Shown: positions 18,722 to 26,030 of the stretch, in pieces
Position numbering within the stretch: position 1 is the stretch's first letter
How the letters are laid out: each line of letters starts with the position of its first letter
Made by a program: the position numbers and the translations under genes
The notes under the pieces: model-generated
Told to the model about the DNA's origin: nothing
Databases searched by the model: none
Seen by the model: only the letters and a program-made list of their open reading frames with translations
Assembly: GCA_038998625.1 (NCBI GenBank)
Contig: JAWADS010000004.1
Coordinates: forward strand, 1-41,085
Direction of reading: 5' to 3'
Origin: Candidatus Aenigmatarchaeota archaeon
Lineage (GTDB): Archaea; Aenigmatarchaeota; Aenigmatarchaeia; CG10238-14; SCSR01
DNA: 41,085 bases

Positions 18722-18877
18722 GGTGGGGTCGCCTAGCCTGGTCAATGGCGCGAGAGGGATATAAGAGATTTGCAAATTCCCTCGCGACGCTTAAGTACTA
18801 GGCTTAAGCTCAGAAACCAGATGAAGAAACCTCGTGGCTTAGTGCCTTCGTGGGTTCAAATCCCACCCCCACCACCA
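18722..18877 (+). tRNA. tRNA-Leu (most likely TAA) with two introns (18755-18788 at 30/31; 18796-18828 at 37/38), encoded CCA
   Basis: Acceptor GGTGGGG/CCCCACC, long variable arm, GTGGG-TTCAAAT-CCCAC; removing both introns gives CGAGG-CT-TAA-GA-CCTCG. Confidence 0.8.
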
Positions 18878-18932
18878 TTGCTATTAAAAATCTCCAACCA
18901 AAATTCTCGAAAATTTATATACCAATAAAAGT

Positions 18933-19100
18933 ATGGTGAACAAAGTTATAATCATGGCTCTCCCAGGTGTTTGTGCATCTTGTGGTAGAAGTGCTGCTGG
19001 TTTATTCACGTGCCATGTTTGCAGATTAAGAGTATGCCCAAATTGTGTTATAGAGAAAACTACTTTTTGCAAAATTTGTAAAGGAGTTAAAAATTTCTAA
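18933..19100 (+). CDS. Small four-CxxC zinc-finger protein (alternative start 18954)
   Basis: Hand-translated ...GVCASCGRSAAGLFTCHVCRLRVCPNCVIEKTTFCKICKG. Confidence 0.75.
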   Translation: MVNKVIIMALPGVCASCGRSAAGLFTCHVCRLRVCPNCVIEKTTFCKICKGVKNF

Positions 19101-19107
19101 AAAATTT

Positions 19108-19452
19108 TTAAAACTTCATCAAGCTTTCTACTAATTTTCTTGTGGCTTCCTGAGATTCCTCGTCCGTTGGTTTTATAATTTCAGTGACTAATCTTTCAAT
19201 TTCTCTTTTTTTTGCTGCTTCCCCAATCTCTACTATTGATTTGAAAGGTGCTATAACTTTTGCTTGAGTCGCTTTCATTTCATTTATTTCTTTTTGCATT
19301 TCTAACAATGCTGTCCATAACTGAGCAACTTTAACATCTTCTGCTTTTTCATATGCGCAATGATGTTTTTTAGCTCTTTCTATGATTTGTAATAATAATT
19401 CCTTATCTTCTGGATGCAAACAGTTTTTCCAGTCTTCCTCTTTCATTTTCAT
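19108..19452 (-). CDS. Hypothetical coiled-coil protein
   Basis: 114-aa ORF, helical composition. Confidence 0.7.
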   Translation of the reverse strand: MKMKEEDWKNCLHPEDKELLLQIIERAKKHHCAYEKAEDVKVAQLWTALLEMQKEINEMKATQAKVIAPFKSIVEIGEAAKKREIERLVTEIIKPTDEESQEATRKLVESLMKF

Positions 19453-19513
19453 CTATTTTTTAATGAAGAGTAAAATTTAAATGTTTAATTGCAAAGATTT
19501 TTAAGCTGATATT

Positions 19514-20173
19514 ATGAAAACTGGCGATTTTATTTACATAGACTATGTAGGTAGAGTAAAAGATACTGGAGAAATTTTTGATTTAACAATAGAGGAAGTA
19601 GCAAGAAAAGAAGGTGTATTTAATCCTAATATAAAGTATAAGCCTGTGCCAATCGTTGTAGATGCAGGATTTGTAATTAAAGGTTTGGATGAAGCTTTAA
19701 AAGAAATGAAAGTTGGTGAGAAAAAAACTATAGAAATTCCTCCTGAAAAGGCCTTCGGCGAGAGGGATGAAAATTTGATAAGGCTTATACCTCTTTCACT
19801 ATTCAAAGAAAAAAATATTGATTCTACACCAGGTAGTTATGTGATGATTAATAATATAAGAGGTAGGATAATAAGCAATGATGGCGGTAGAGTAAAAGTT
19901 GATTTTAATCATCCTTTGGCTGGCAAAAAATTGCAATATGATGTGGAAATAAAGAAAGAAATAATTGATATTTCAGAGAAGATTAAAGCTATTATCTATT
20001 ATTTTTCTGGAATAGAATTTGATGAAATTTTGGTGGAAATTAAGGGAAAAATTGTAGAAATAAAGTTTGATAAGAAAATTTCCCTCAATTTAAATTTAGA
20101 AAGTAAAATAGCTGACGAAATTAAAAAATGGATTAAAGATGTTGAAAAGGTAAGATTTGTGTCTGAGTATTAA
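19514..20173 (+). CDS. slyD: FKBP-type peptidyl-prolyl isomerase (long-type SlyD)
   Basis: GEIFD, IPPEKAFGER, VDFNHPLAGKKL. Confidence 0.95.
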   Translation: MKTGDFIYIDYVGRVKDTGEIFDLTIEEVARKEGVFNPNIKYKPVPIVVDAGFVIKGLDEALKEMKVGEKKTIEIPPEKAFGERDENLIRLIPLSLFKEKNIDSTPGSYVMINNIRGRIISNDGGRVKVDFNHPLAGKKLQYDVEIKKEIIDISEKIKAIIYYFSGIEFDEILVEIKGKIVEIKFDKKISLNLNLESKIADEIKKWIKDVEKVRFVSEY

Positions 20174-20215
20174 AAACTTTTATCTTTAAAATTGAAATTA
20201 TATCATAGGTTTCTT

Positions 20216-22417
20216 ATGGGAATAAAACAATTAATTGAAAAGCAATCAGGAAAATTTACAGATGTTGACGAAGAAATTAGGGCAATTCTGGAAAAAAGAA
20301 AAACGAAAATAAAGGTTGTGGGTTGTGGTGGTGCAGGAAATAACACAATTACAAGATTGATGCAAGTTGGTATTGTTGGAGCTGAAACCATAGCAATAAA
20401 TACAGACGCTCAAGACTTGCTTTATACTGATGCTGATAAAAAAGTTTTGATTGGTAGAGAGCTTACTGGTGGATTGGGAGCTGGATCCGACCCAAAAATA
20501 GGAATGGAGGCTGCAAGAGAAAATAAGGAGGATATTAAGAAAGCCCTACAAGGGGCTGATATGGTTTTTCTTACTTGCGGTTTGGGTGGCGGATGCCTAA
20601 GAGGCAGTTCTTTAATATACACCAATCCTCATGGACCTGTAAGGATAGATTCGATAAAACCTAATTCCTTTGTGTATTCTCTTGAAGGAGATAAGCTTGT
20701 GAAAAAACGTGTTATTGCTGCTATGAAAACTGGAGTCAAAAGAGTATTTGAAATTAAAACAAACAATAACACATTAGTTGCTTCTTACGATCATCCTTTC
20801 TTAAAAGTAGTGCCAGAGAAAACAGATTATCGAGGTAGATTTCATAGATTTAGTTTCGAGTGGGTAGGAGCAGAGTCTTTGAAACCAGGCGATTTGGTTG
20901 TTATTTTGAGAAAGGTACCAGAAAGTACAGAAACTATACTCGATGATAATTTCATTGCAACAAAAAACTTTTGTAGACTGTTTGGATTTTTATTAGGTAA
21001 CGGATGGGTATCAAAAAGTAAAGGCATTTGGGCAATTCATTTTTCACCTTCACAATATGAAGAATTGAATAAAAAATACATATCGCTTATAAAAGAAGTT
21101 TTTGGCCTTGAAATGAAAAGAGGTACTAATTGGTATTATGCACATTCTAAACGAGTTTGTGAACTTTTATGGAAACTGGGATTAGATAAACATGCCAAAG
21201 AAAAAGAAATCCCTTCATGGGTATTTGAATTACCCGATTCTCATAAAAAAGAATTTATTCTTGGTCTTGCTGATGCAGATGGTTATTATTATAAAAGAAC
21301 AAAAGCAAATGGAAAAGAGCATATTCAACTTAGATTTGAAATGAGTAGCGAAAAGCTTATTCGGCAATTGAAAGTTTTGTGCGATTACCTTGGACTAAGA
21401 ACAAGTAATGTGTTATCAAGAAAGAGAGAAGTAAAACCACCTCATTCTAAACAAAAGCTAAAATTCACTTCTTGGGAGCTGAGAATTTATAAACTATATC
21501 AACTTAACGAATCCTTAGAAAAGTCAAGAGAGCGAAAAGGCATAGGATTCCTATGCGGATACAGGGGACCTACTAATTCTGAATTCTTTAAAAACTTTGG
21601 TTTTGCAAGAATCAAGTCTGTCAAATACTTAGGCGAAGAAGAAGTTTATGATATAACTGTAGAAGGTAGCCATAATTTTGTTGCAGAAGGTTTTCTTGTA
21701 CATAACACGGGTTCAGGTTCTATTCCAGTAGTAGCGGAAATTGCAAAAAAATTGGGAGCTTTGACAGTAGCTGTTGTTACATTGCCATTTAGCATGGAAG
21801 GAAGACATAGAATAGAAAACGCGAGATTTGGTTTAGAGAATCTGGAAAATTTAGTAGATACTTTAATCGTTATACCCAATGATAAGCTATTGGAAGTTGT
21901 GCCCGATGTTTCTCTAGCTACTGCTTTTAAAGTTTGTGATGAAATTTTAGTTAACGCAGTGAAAGGAATAACTGAACTCGTTACTAGGCCTGGCTTAGTT
22001 AATTTAGATTTTGCTGATGTTAAAGCTGTTATGAGCCAAGGAGGCTTGGCCATGATTGGTATGGGGGAGAGTGATACAGAAAACAGAGCAGTAGAATCTG
22101 TAGAAAAAGCTTTAAACAATCCGCTGATAACAGTAGAAATAGAGGGAGCGAAGGGGGCATTGGTGAATGTAAGTGGTGGGCCCGATATAACGATAAAAGA
22201 AGCTCAGAAAATAGTTGAAATGGTTTCTAGTAGATTGTCCGAAGATGCAAAGGTAATTTGGGGTGCTGTTGTAGATAAATCTTTAGGGGATAGCATTAGA
22301 ACATTGGTAATTGTAACTGGAGTTAAATCTCCACAAATCTTCGGACCAGAAAGACCATGGTCAAAAGAAAAGAAAAAAGATGTAGAAAAAATTTTAGGTA
22401 TAGAATTTTTAGAGTAA
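20216..22417 (+). CDS. ftsZ: Cell division protein FtsZ precursor containing an intein (about 362 aa after splicing)
   Basis: VVGCGGAGNN, INTDAQ, GLGGG|intein|TGSG, NLDFADV; ftsZ-secE-spt5 synteny. Confidence 0.97.
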   Translation: MGIKQLIEKQSGKFTDVDEEIRAILEKRKTKIKVVGCGGAGNNTITRLMQVGIVGAETIAINTDAQDLLYTDADKKVLIGRELTGGLGAGSDPKIGMEAARENKEDIKKALQGADMVFLTCGLGGGCLRGSSLIYTNPHGPVRIDSIKPNSFVYSLEGDKLVKKRVIAAMKTGVKRVFEIKTNNNTLVASYDHPFLKVVPEKTDYRGRFHRFSFEWVGAESLKPGDLVVILRKVPESTETILDDNFIATKNFCRLFGFLLGNGWVSKSKGIWAIHFSPSQYEELNKKYISLIKEVFGLEMKRGTNWYYAHSKRVCELLWKLGLDKHAKEKEIPSWVFELPDSHKKEFILGLADADGYYYKRTKANGKEHIQLRFEMSSEKLIRQLKVLCDYLGLRTSNVLSRKREVKPPHSKQKLKFTSWELRIYKLYQLNESLEKSRERKGIGFLCGYRGPTNSEFFKNFGFARIKSVKYLGEEEVYDITVEGSHNFVAEGFLVHNTGSGSIPVVAEIAKKLGALTVAVVTLPFSMEGRHRIENARFGLENLENLVDTLIVIPNDKLLEVVPDVSLATAFKVCDEILVNAVKGITELVTRPGLVNLDFADVKAVMSQGGLAMIGMGESDTENRAVESVEKALNNPLITVEIEGAKGALVNVSGGPDITIKEAQKIVEMVSSRLSEDAKVIWGAVVDKSLGDSIRTLVIVTGVKSPQIFGPERPWSKEKKKDVEKILGIEFLE
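20594..21706 (+). mobile_element. Intein (371 aa) with LAGLIDADG homing endonuclease domain
   Basis: N-terminal C1 (CLRGSS), block B SYDHPF, GFLLGNG and LGLADADG motifs, C-terminal VYDITV..HNFVAEGFLVHN, +1 Thr. Confidence 0.96.
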
Positions 22418-22430
22418 TTTTTGTGATACA

Positions 22431-22604
22431 ATGAAATTTAATATAAAAGAGTTTTTAGAGAAATATAAAAGAGTTTTGATAGTTGCCAAGAGGCCGGATA
22501 AAGAAGAATTGCTATTAACCATAAAAATTTGCCTTATAGGTATGGGTATAATTGGTTTCATCGGATTTTTAATTTATATGATATCAATTCTATTCATCGG
22601 GTGA
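22431..22604 (+). CDS. secE: Protein translocase subunit SecE/Sec61-gamma
   Basis: Hand-translated MKFNIKEFLEKYKRVLIVAKRPDKEELLLTIKICLIGMGIIGFIGFLIY...; synteny. Confidence 0.93.
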   Translation: MKFNIKEFLEKYKRVLIVAKRPDKEELLLTIKICLIGMGIIGFIGFLIYMISILFIG

Positions 22605-22609
22605 AAAAC

Positions 22610-23050
22610 TTGATATATACTGTAAAGACTGTTGTCGGAAGGGAAAATATAGTATTGGATATTATTGCGTCTAAAGCTAAAGCTGAAGGATTTAATATTA
22701 AAGCTTTGATCCATCCAGAAGAAATTAAAGGCTACATTTTTGTAGAGGGAGATATTAAAGATATAGAGAAATCAATACAATTAATTCCCCATGTAAGAGG
22801 CTTAATAAAAAAACCTGTTGAAGTTAGTGAAATCCAAAAATTTTTACAACCTAAACAAGTAGAAGTTGAAATAAATATTGGGGATTTAATTGAAGTTATA
22901 GGCGGACCTTTTAAAGGAATGAAAGGAAAGGTTACTAGATATGATAAGATAAAAAGAGAAGTTACCATAGAACCTTTAGAAGTTGCTGTACCAATACCAG
23001 TAACCATAAGTGTAGAATTTATAAAAGTTTTAGAAAAGGTTAGCAAATAA
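22610..23050 (+). CDS. spt5: Transcription elongation factor Spt5 (NusG)
   Basis: IYTVKT..GRE, KGYIFVE, KOW motif GDLIEVIGGPFKG; likely TTG start after GGTGA. Confidence 0.95.
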   Translation: MIYTVKTVVGRENIVLDIIASKAKAEGFNIKALIHPEEIKGYIFVEGDIKDIEKSIQLIPHVRGLIKKPVEVSEIQKFLQPKQVEVEINIGDLIEVIGGPFKGMKGKVTRYDKIKREVTIEPLEVAVPIPVTISVEFIKVLEKVSK

Positions 23051-23052
23051 TT

Positions 23053-23346
23053 ATGCGAGAAACAGTTGCCTCGCTTATAAAAAAGGAATTGGGTATTGAA
23101 GTAGCAAAAATTTCTCAAGAAGACAAAGCCAAAGGAATCACATCCATAGGAAACTTAAAAATGGAGCAAGTAGTAAAAATAGCTAAACAAAAATTAAATG
23201 ATATGTTAACAAAAGATTTAAGAAAAGCCATAAAGGAAGTTTTAGGCACTGCAAATTCTATGGAAGGAATTTTAGTAGAAGGTAAGAGGCCGAAAGAGAT
23301 CATAAAAGAAGTGAATGAAGGAAAGTGGGATGATTTAATTTATTAA
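23053..23346 (+). CDS. rpl11: 50S ribosomal protein uL11, C-terminal rRNA-binding domain only
   Basis: SLIKKELG, IGNLKMEQVVKIAK.K, KEVLGTANSM, EG.WD; conserved position after spt5. Confidence 0.88.
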   Translation: MRETVASLIKKELGIEVAKISQEDKAKGITSIGNLKMEQVVKIAKQKLNDMLTKDLRKAIKEVLGTANSMEGILVEGKRPKEIIKEVNEGKWDDLIY

Positions 23347-23567
23347 AGAATCCTTTTTTCCTCCAACACTATAGCTTCACACCCTGCATTCCTTATCATC
23401 AAAGCAATTTTAATTAATTCTTGTAAATTCTCTGATCTCCATGCGCTTGTTTGAATTTTTTCAGCTTTGATTTGCTCTAAAGCCCTGTGGACCTTTACCC
23501 TCAAAACATCTTTATTTTTTGGAATATCATAAATTAAAATTCCTGGCACAATTATTTTTAATTCCAT
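23343..23567 (-). CDS. Small Cas2/VapD/PaaX-like ferredoxin-fold protein
   Basis: LIYDIP..RVKVHRAL..KIQTSAW resembles the Cas2 YDI...R...QxSV pattern. Confidence 0.55.
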   Translation of the reverse strand: MELKIIVPGILIYDIPKNKDVLRVKVHRALEQIKAEKIQTSAWRSENLQELIKIALMIRNAGCEAIVLEEKRIL

Positions 23568-23628
23568 TGCCTTTTTATATTTAACCTAGAATATAATTTT
23601 TAAAAGACCGCTTAGGCGGGAGGGTAAA

Positions 23629-24249
23629 ATGGTTAACCCGAAGATATTAGAAGCAATAAAAGAATTGAGACAGAATTCTAAAAAGAGAAATTTTACCCAG
23701 AGCGTTGAGTTAATTGTAAATTTAAAAGAAATCGATATTAAAAAGCCTGAAGACAGATTTTCTGAGGATATAATTTTACCAAATGGTAGAGGAAAGGATG
23801 CAAAAGTTGTTATTTTCTCTGATGAAATAAAAGATTTAGGTTTGGATGTAGAAATCATCGATTCAGCAAAACTTCAAAGGATGAGTAAAAGGGAAGCAAA
23901 AAAGCTCGCTAGAGATGTGGATTTCTTTCTGGCAGAACCTAAATTAATGCCCACCATAGGAAAAGTTTTGGGTCAATATATTGGGCCAAGAGGTAAATTG
24001 CCAAAAATAATATCTGGCGATATTAAGGCAATGGTTGAAAACTACAAAAAATCAATCAAAATAAAAGTAAAGGATGCGCCTGTAGTTCAATGTTTAGTTG
24101 GGAATGAAAGTATGAGTGACGAAAAAATTGCTGAAAATATCGAAAGTGTTTTAAACTTTTTAGAAAATAAGTTGCCTAAAGGAAAAAGAAACATTAAAAA
24201 AATTCTAATTAAACTCACAATGGGCCAACCATTTGAAGTAAAGGTGTGA
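23629..24249 (+). CDS. rpl1: 50S ribosomal protein uL1
   Basis: KKRNFTQSVELIVNL, LGQYIGPRGKLP, KLTMG. Confidence 0.97.
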   Translation: MVNPKILEAIKELRQNSKKRNFTQSVELIVNLKEIDIKKPEDRFSEDIILPNGRGKDAKVVIFSDEIKDLGLDVEIIDSAKLQRMSKREAKKLARDVDFFLAEPKLMPTIGKVLGQYIGPRGKLPKIISGDIKAMVENYKKSIKIKVKDAPVVQCLVGNESMSDEKIAENIESVLNFLENKLPKGKRNIKKILIKLTMGQPFEVKV

Positions 24250-24252
24250 GGA

Positions 24253-24999
24253 ATGAAGAAAAGTGAAAAAATCGAATTTGCTAAAAAATTGAAGGAAGAT
24301 ATGAAAAAGTATCAAACCATAGGAATAGCCAATCTGTTTAAATTTCCAACAAAAGCTTTACAAACTGTTAGGAGAGAACTAAAAGATGACTTGAAAATAA
24401 AAGTGGTGAAGAAATCTTTGATTCTAAGGGTATTAAATGAAATTAATGAAAAAGATTTGGAAAAAATAATAACAAATCAATTGGCCTTGATTTTTTCAAA
24501 TGAAGATCCTTTTAAGCTCTTTGCTAAAATTAGTAAGATAAAAACGCAGATGTTTGCAAAGGAAGGAGATATAGCTGATGAGGATATTTTAATAAAAGCT
24601 GGTCCTACTGATTTAAATCCAGGCCCTGTTATAAGCGAGTTTGCAAAAGCTAAAATTCCGGCAGGTGTTGAAGGAGGTAAAATTGCAATAAAAAAAGATA
24701 CAATAGTTGCAAAAAAAGGAGATAAAATTTCTAAAGAGTTGGCTTCTATACTAAGGAAATTAAAAATCAAACCTATAAAGAAAAGTTTAGAGATTGTTGG
24801 TATTTATTCAAATGGTCAGTTGTATAGTAAAGAAGCTTTAGATTTAGTTAATGAAGTCCCCATGTTGTTAATGCAGGCAAAACAAAAAGCATTAAATCTT
24901 TCTATTTTTATTTTATACCCAACAAAAGATAATATATCATTTTTGCTATCTAAGGCTTATAATTATGCCAAAATTTTAGAAGAAAAATTGGAGGTGTAA
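24253..24999 (+). CDS. rpl10: 50S ribosomal protein uL10 (P0), lacking C-terminal hinge and acidic tail
   Basis: Domain II AGPTDLNPGP..KI.I.KD; spine helices around YPT; synteny. Confidence 0.93.
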   Translation: MKKSEKIEFAKKLKEDMKKYQTIGIANLFKFPTKALQTVRRELKDDLKIKVVKKSLILRVLNEINEKDLEKIITNQLALIFSNEDPFKLFAKISKIKTQMFAKEGDIADEDILIKAGPTDLNPGPVISEFAKAKIPAGVEGGKIAIKKDTIVAKKGDKISKELASILRKLKIKPIKKSLEIVGIYSNGQLYSKEALDLVNEVPMLLMQAKQKALNLSIFILYPTKDNISFLLSKAYNYAKILEEKLEV

Positions 25000-25004
25000 G
25001 TTGA

Positions 25005-25322
25005 ATGGAATATATATATGCGACCCTCTTGCTGCACTCTGCAAAATTACCAATTACAGAAGAAAACATTAATAAAATTTTATCTTCAGTAGGTATAACA
25101 CCAGACCCTGCAAAAGTAAAAGCTGTAGTGACAAGCCTAGAAAATGTAAATATGGATGAGATATTGCAGCAGGCAGCAGTAGCAGTAGCCGCACCAACCA
25201 AAACAGAAGAAAAGAAGAAGGAGGAGAAGGAGGAAGAAGGTAAGAAAGCTGAAGAAGCTGCAGCGGGTCATTTAACTTTAGTTATGGGAAGTTAAACCCG
25301 AATCTCAGCTTTATTTGGCTGA
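25005..25322 (+). CDS. rpl12: Ribosomal stalk protein P1/L12, spliced: exon 1 25005-25269 + exon 2 25303-25322 (94 aa, ends AAAGLSALFG)
   Basis: MEYIYATLLLH N-terminus, Ala/Glu-rich hinge; conserved tail restored only after removing the BHB intron. Confidence 0.93.
25270..25302 (+). other. 33-nt archaeal BHB intron in rpl12 mRNA
   Basis: Central helix CGGG/CCCG, 3-nt bulges TCA and AAT, inner stem TTTAACTT/AAGTTAAA, outer stem AGCTG(C)AG/CTCAGCT; contains in-frame TAA. Confidence 0.9.
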
Positions 25323-25394
25323 TGATGCCTTCTATCCCCAACTTATTTAGAAGTATCTATAAAATTAATAAATTACTAAAAATGTTGATAAAAA

Positions 25395-26030
25395 ATGGAA
25401 AAAATAATAGAATTGGCCAATCAGATAAAAGATGAAAATTTAAGAAAAAAGGTAATAGAATTTATAAAAAATCCTACTCTAAGCCATAAAGATTTCAAAA
25501 AATACCCAAGAACAGAAATGAAAGATGTTAAAACTCTTTTTTCAGTAGGTAGAGTTACTGCAGAAAGAGATTTGTTGAATCATACTATAACTGTAACTGA
25601 AACTTGTATTGCTATAGCTGATATACTTCAGAAAAATTACGGTATTCCTATAAACAAAGATTATTTAATAGCTGGTTCGTTGCTTCATGATATAATGAAA
25701 ATGTTTGAATGGAAAAGTCAAGGAGAAGAAGTTGAGCATAGCGGTATAACTTTAGATCATTCTTTGTTAGCTGTCGCTGAATTTTATCATAGAGGATTTC
25801 CAGAGCAAGTCATCCATATGATTGCTTCCCATCTACAAGGCGAATCAGGACCTACACCGCCAAGAAATTTTGAAGCATTGATTTTGTATTATGTTGATAC
25901 TTTACTTTCTTTAACAGAATTTCATTGGAATGTTATAAATAAACCAAAACCAAAATATCCTGTAATTCTTTTAGATGAAGAAACAATTAAAAAACTTGGT
26001 GAAAAGACTGAAGAGAGAGAAGAAAAATGA
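25395..26030 (+). CDS. HD-domain phosphohydrolase
   Basis: LLNHT...LLHD...DH...IASH...YVD. Confidence 0.88.
   Translation: MEKIIELANQIKDENLRKKVIEFIKNPTLSHKDFKKYPRTEMKDVKTLFSVGRVTAERDLLNHTITVTETCIAIADILQKNYGIPINKDYLIAGSLLHDIMKMFEWKSQGEEVEHSGITLDHSLLAVAEFYHRGFPEQVIHMIASHLQGESGPTPPRNFEALILYYVDTLLSLTEFHWNVINKPKPKYPVILLDEETIKKLGEKTEEREEK

Noticed and set aside
22529..22609. Extended Spt5 N-terminus
   Set aside because: It overlaps secE in another frame; an SD-supported start lies at 22610.
23343..23567. CRISPR-Cas locus
   Set aside because: No repeat-spacer array or other cas genes in the window.
25270..25295. ORF-track C-terminus HLTLVMGS* as the true end of L12, or a pseudogene call
   Set aside because: A precise BHB and exact restoration of GLSALFG* explain the sequence better as an intron.
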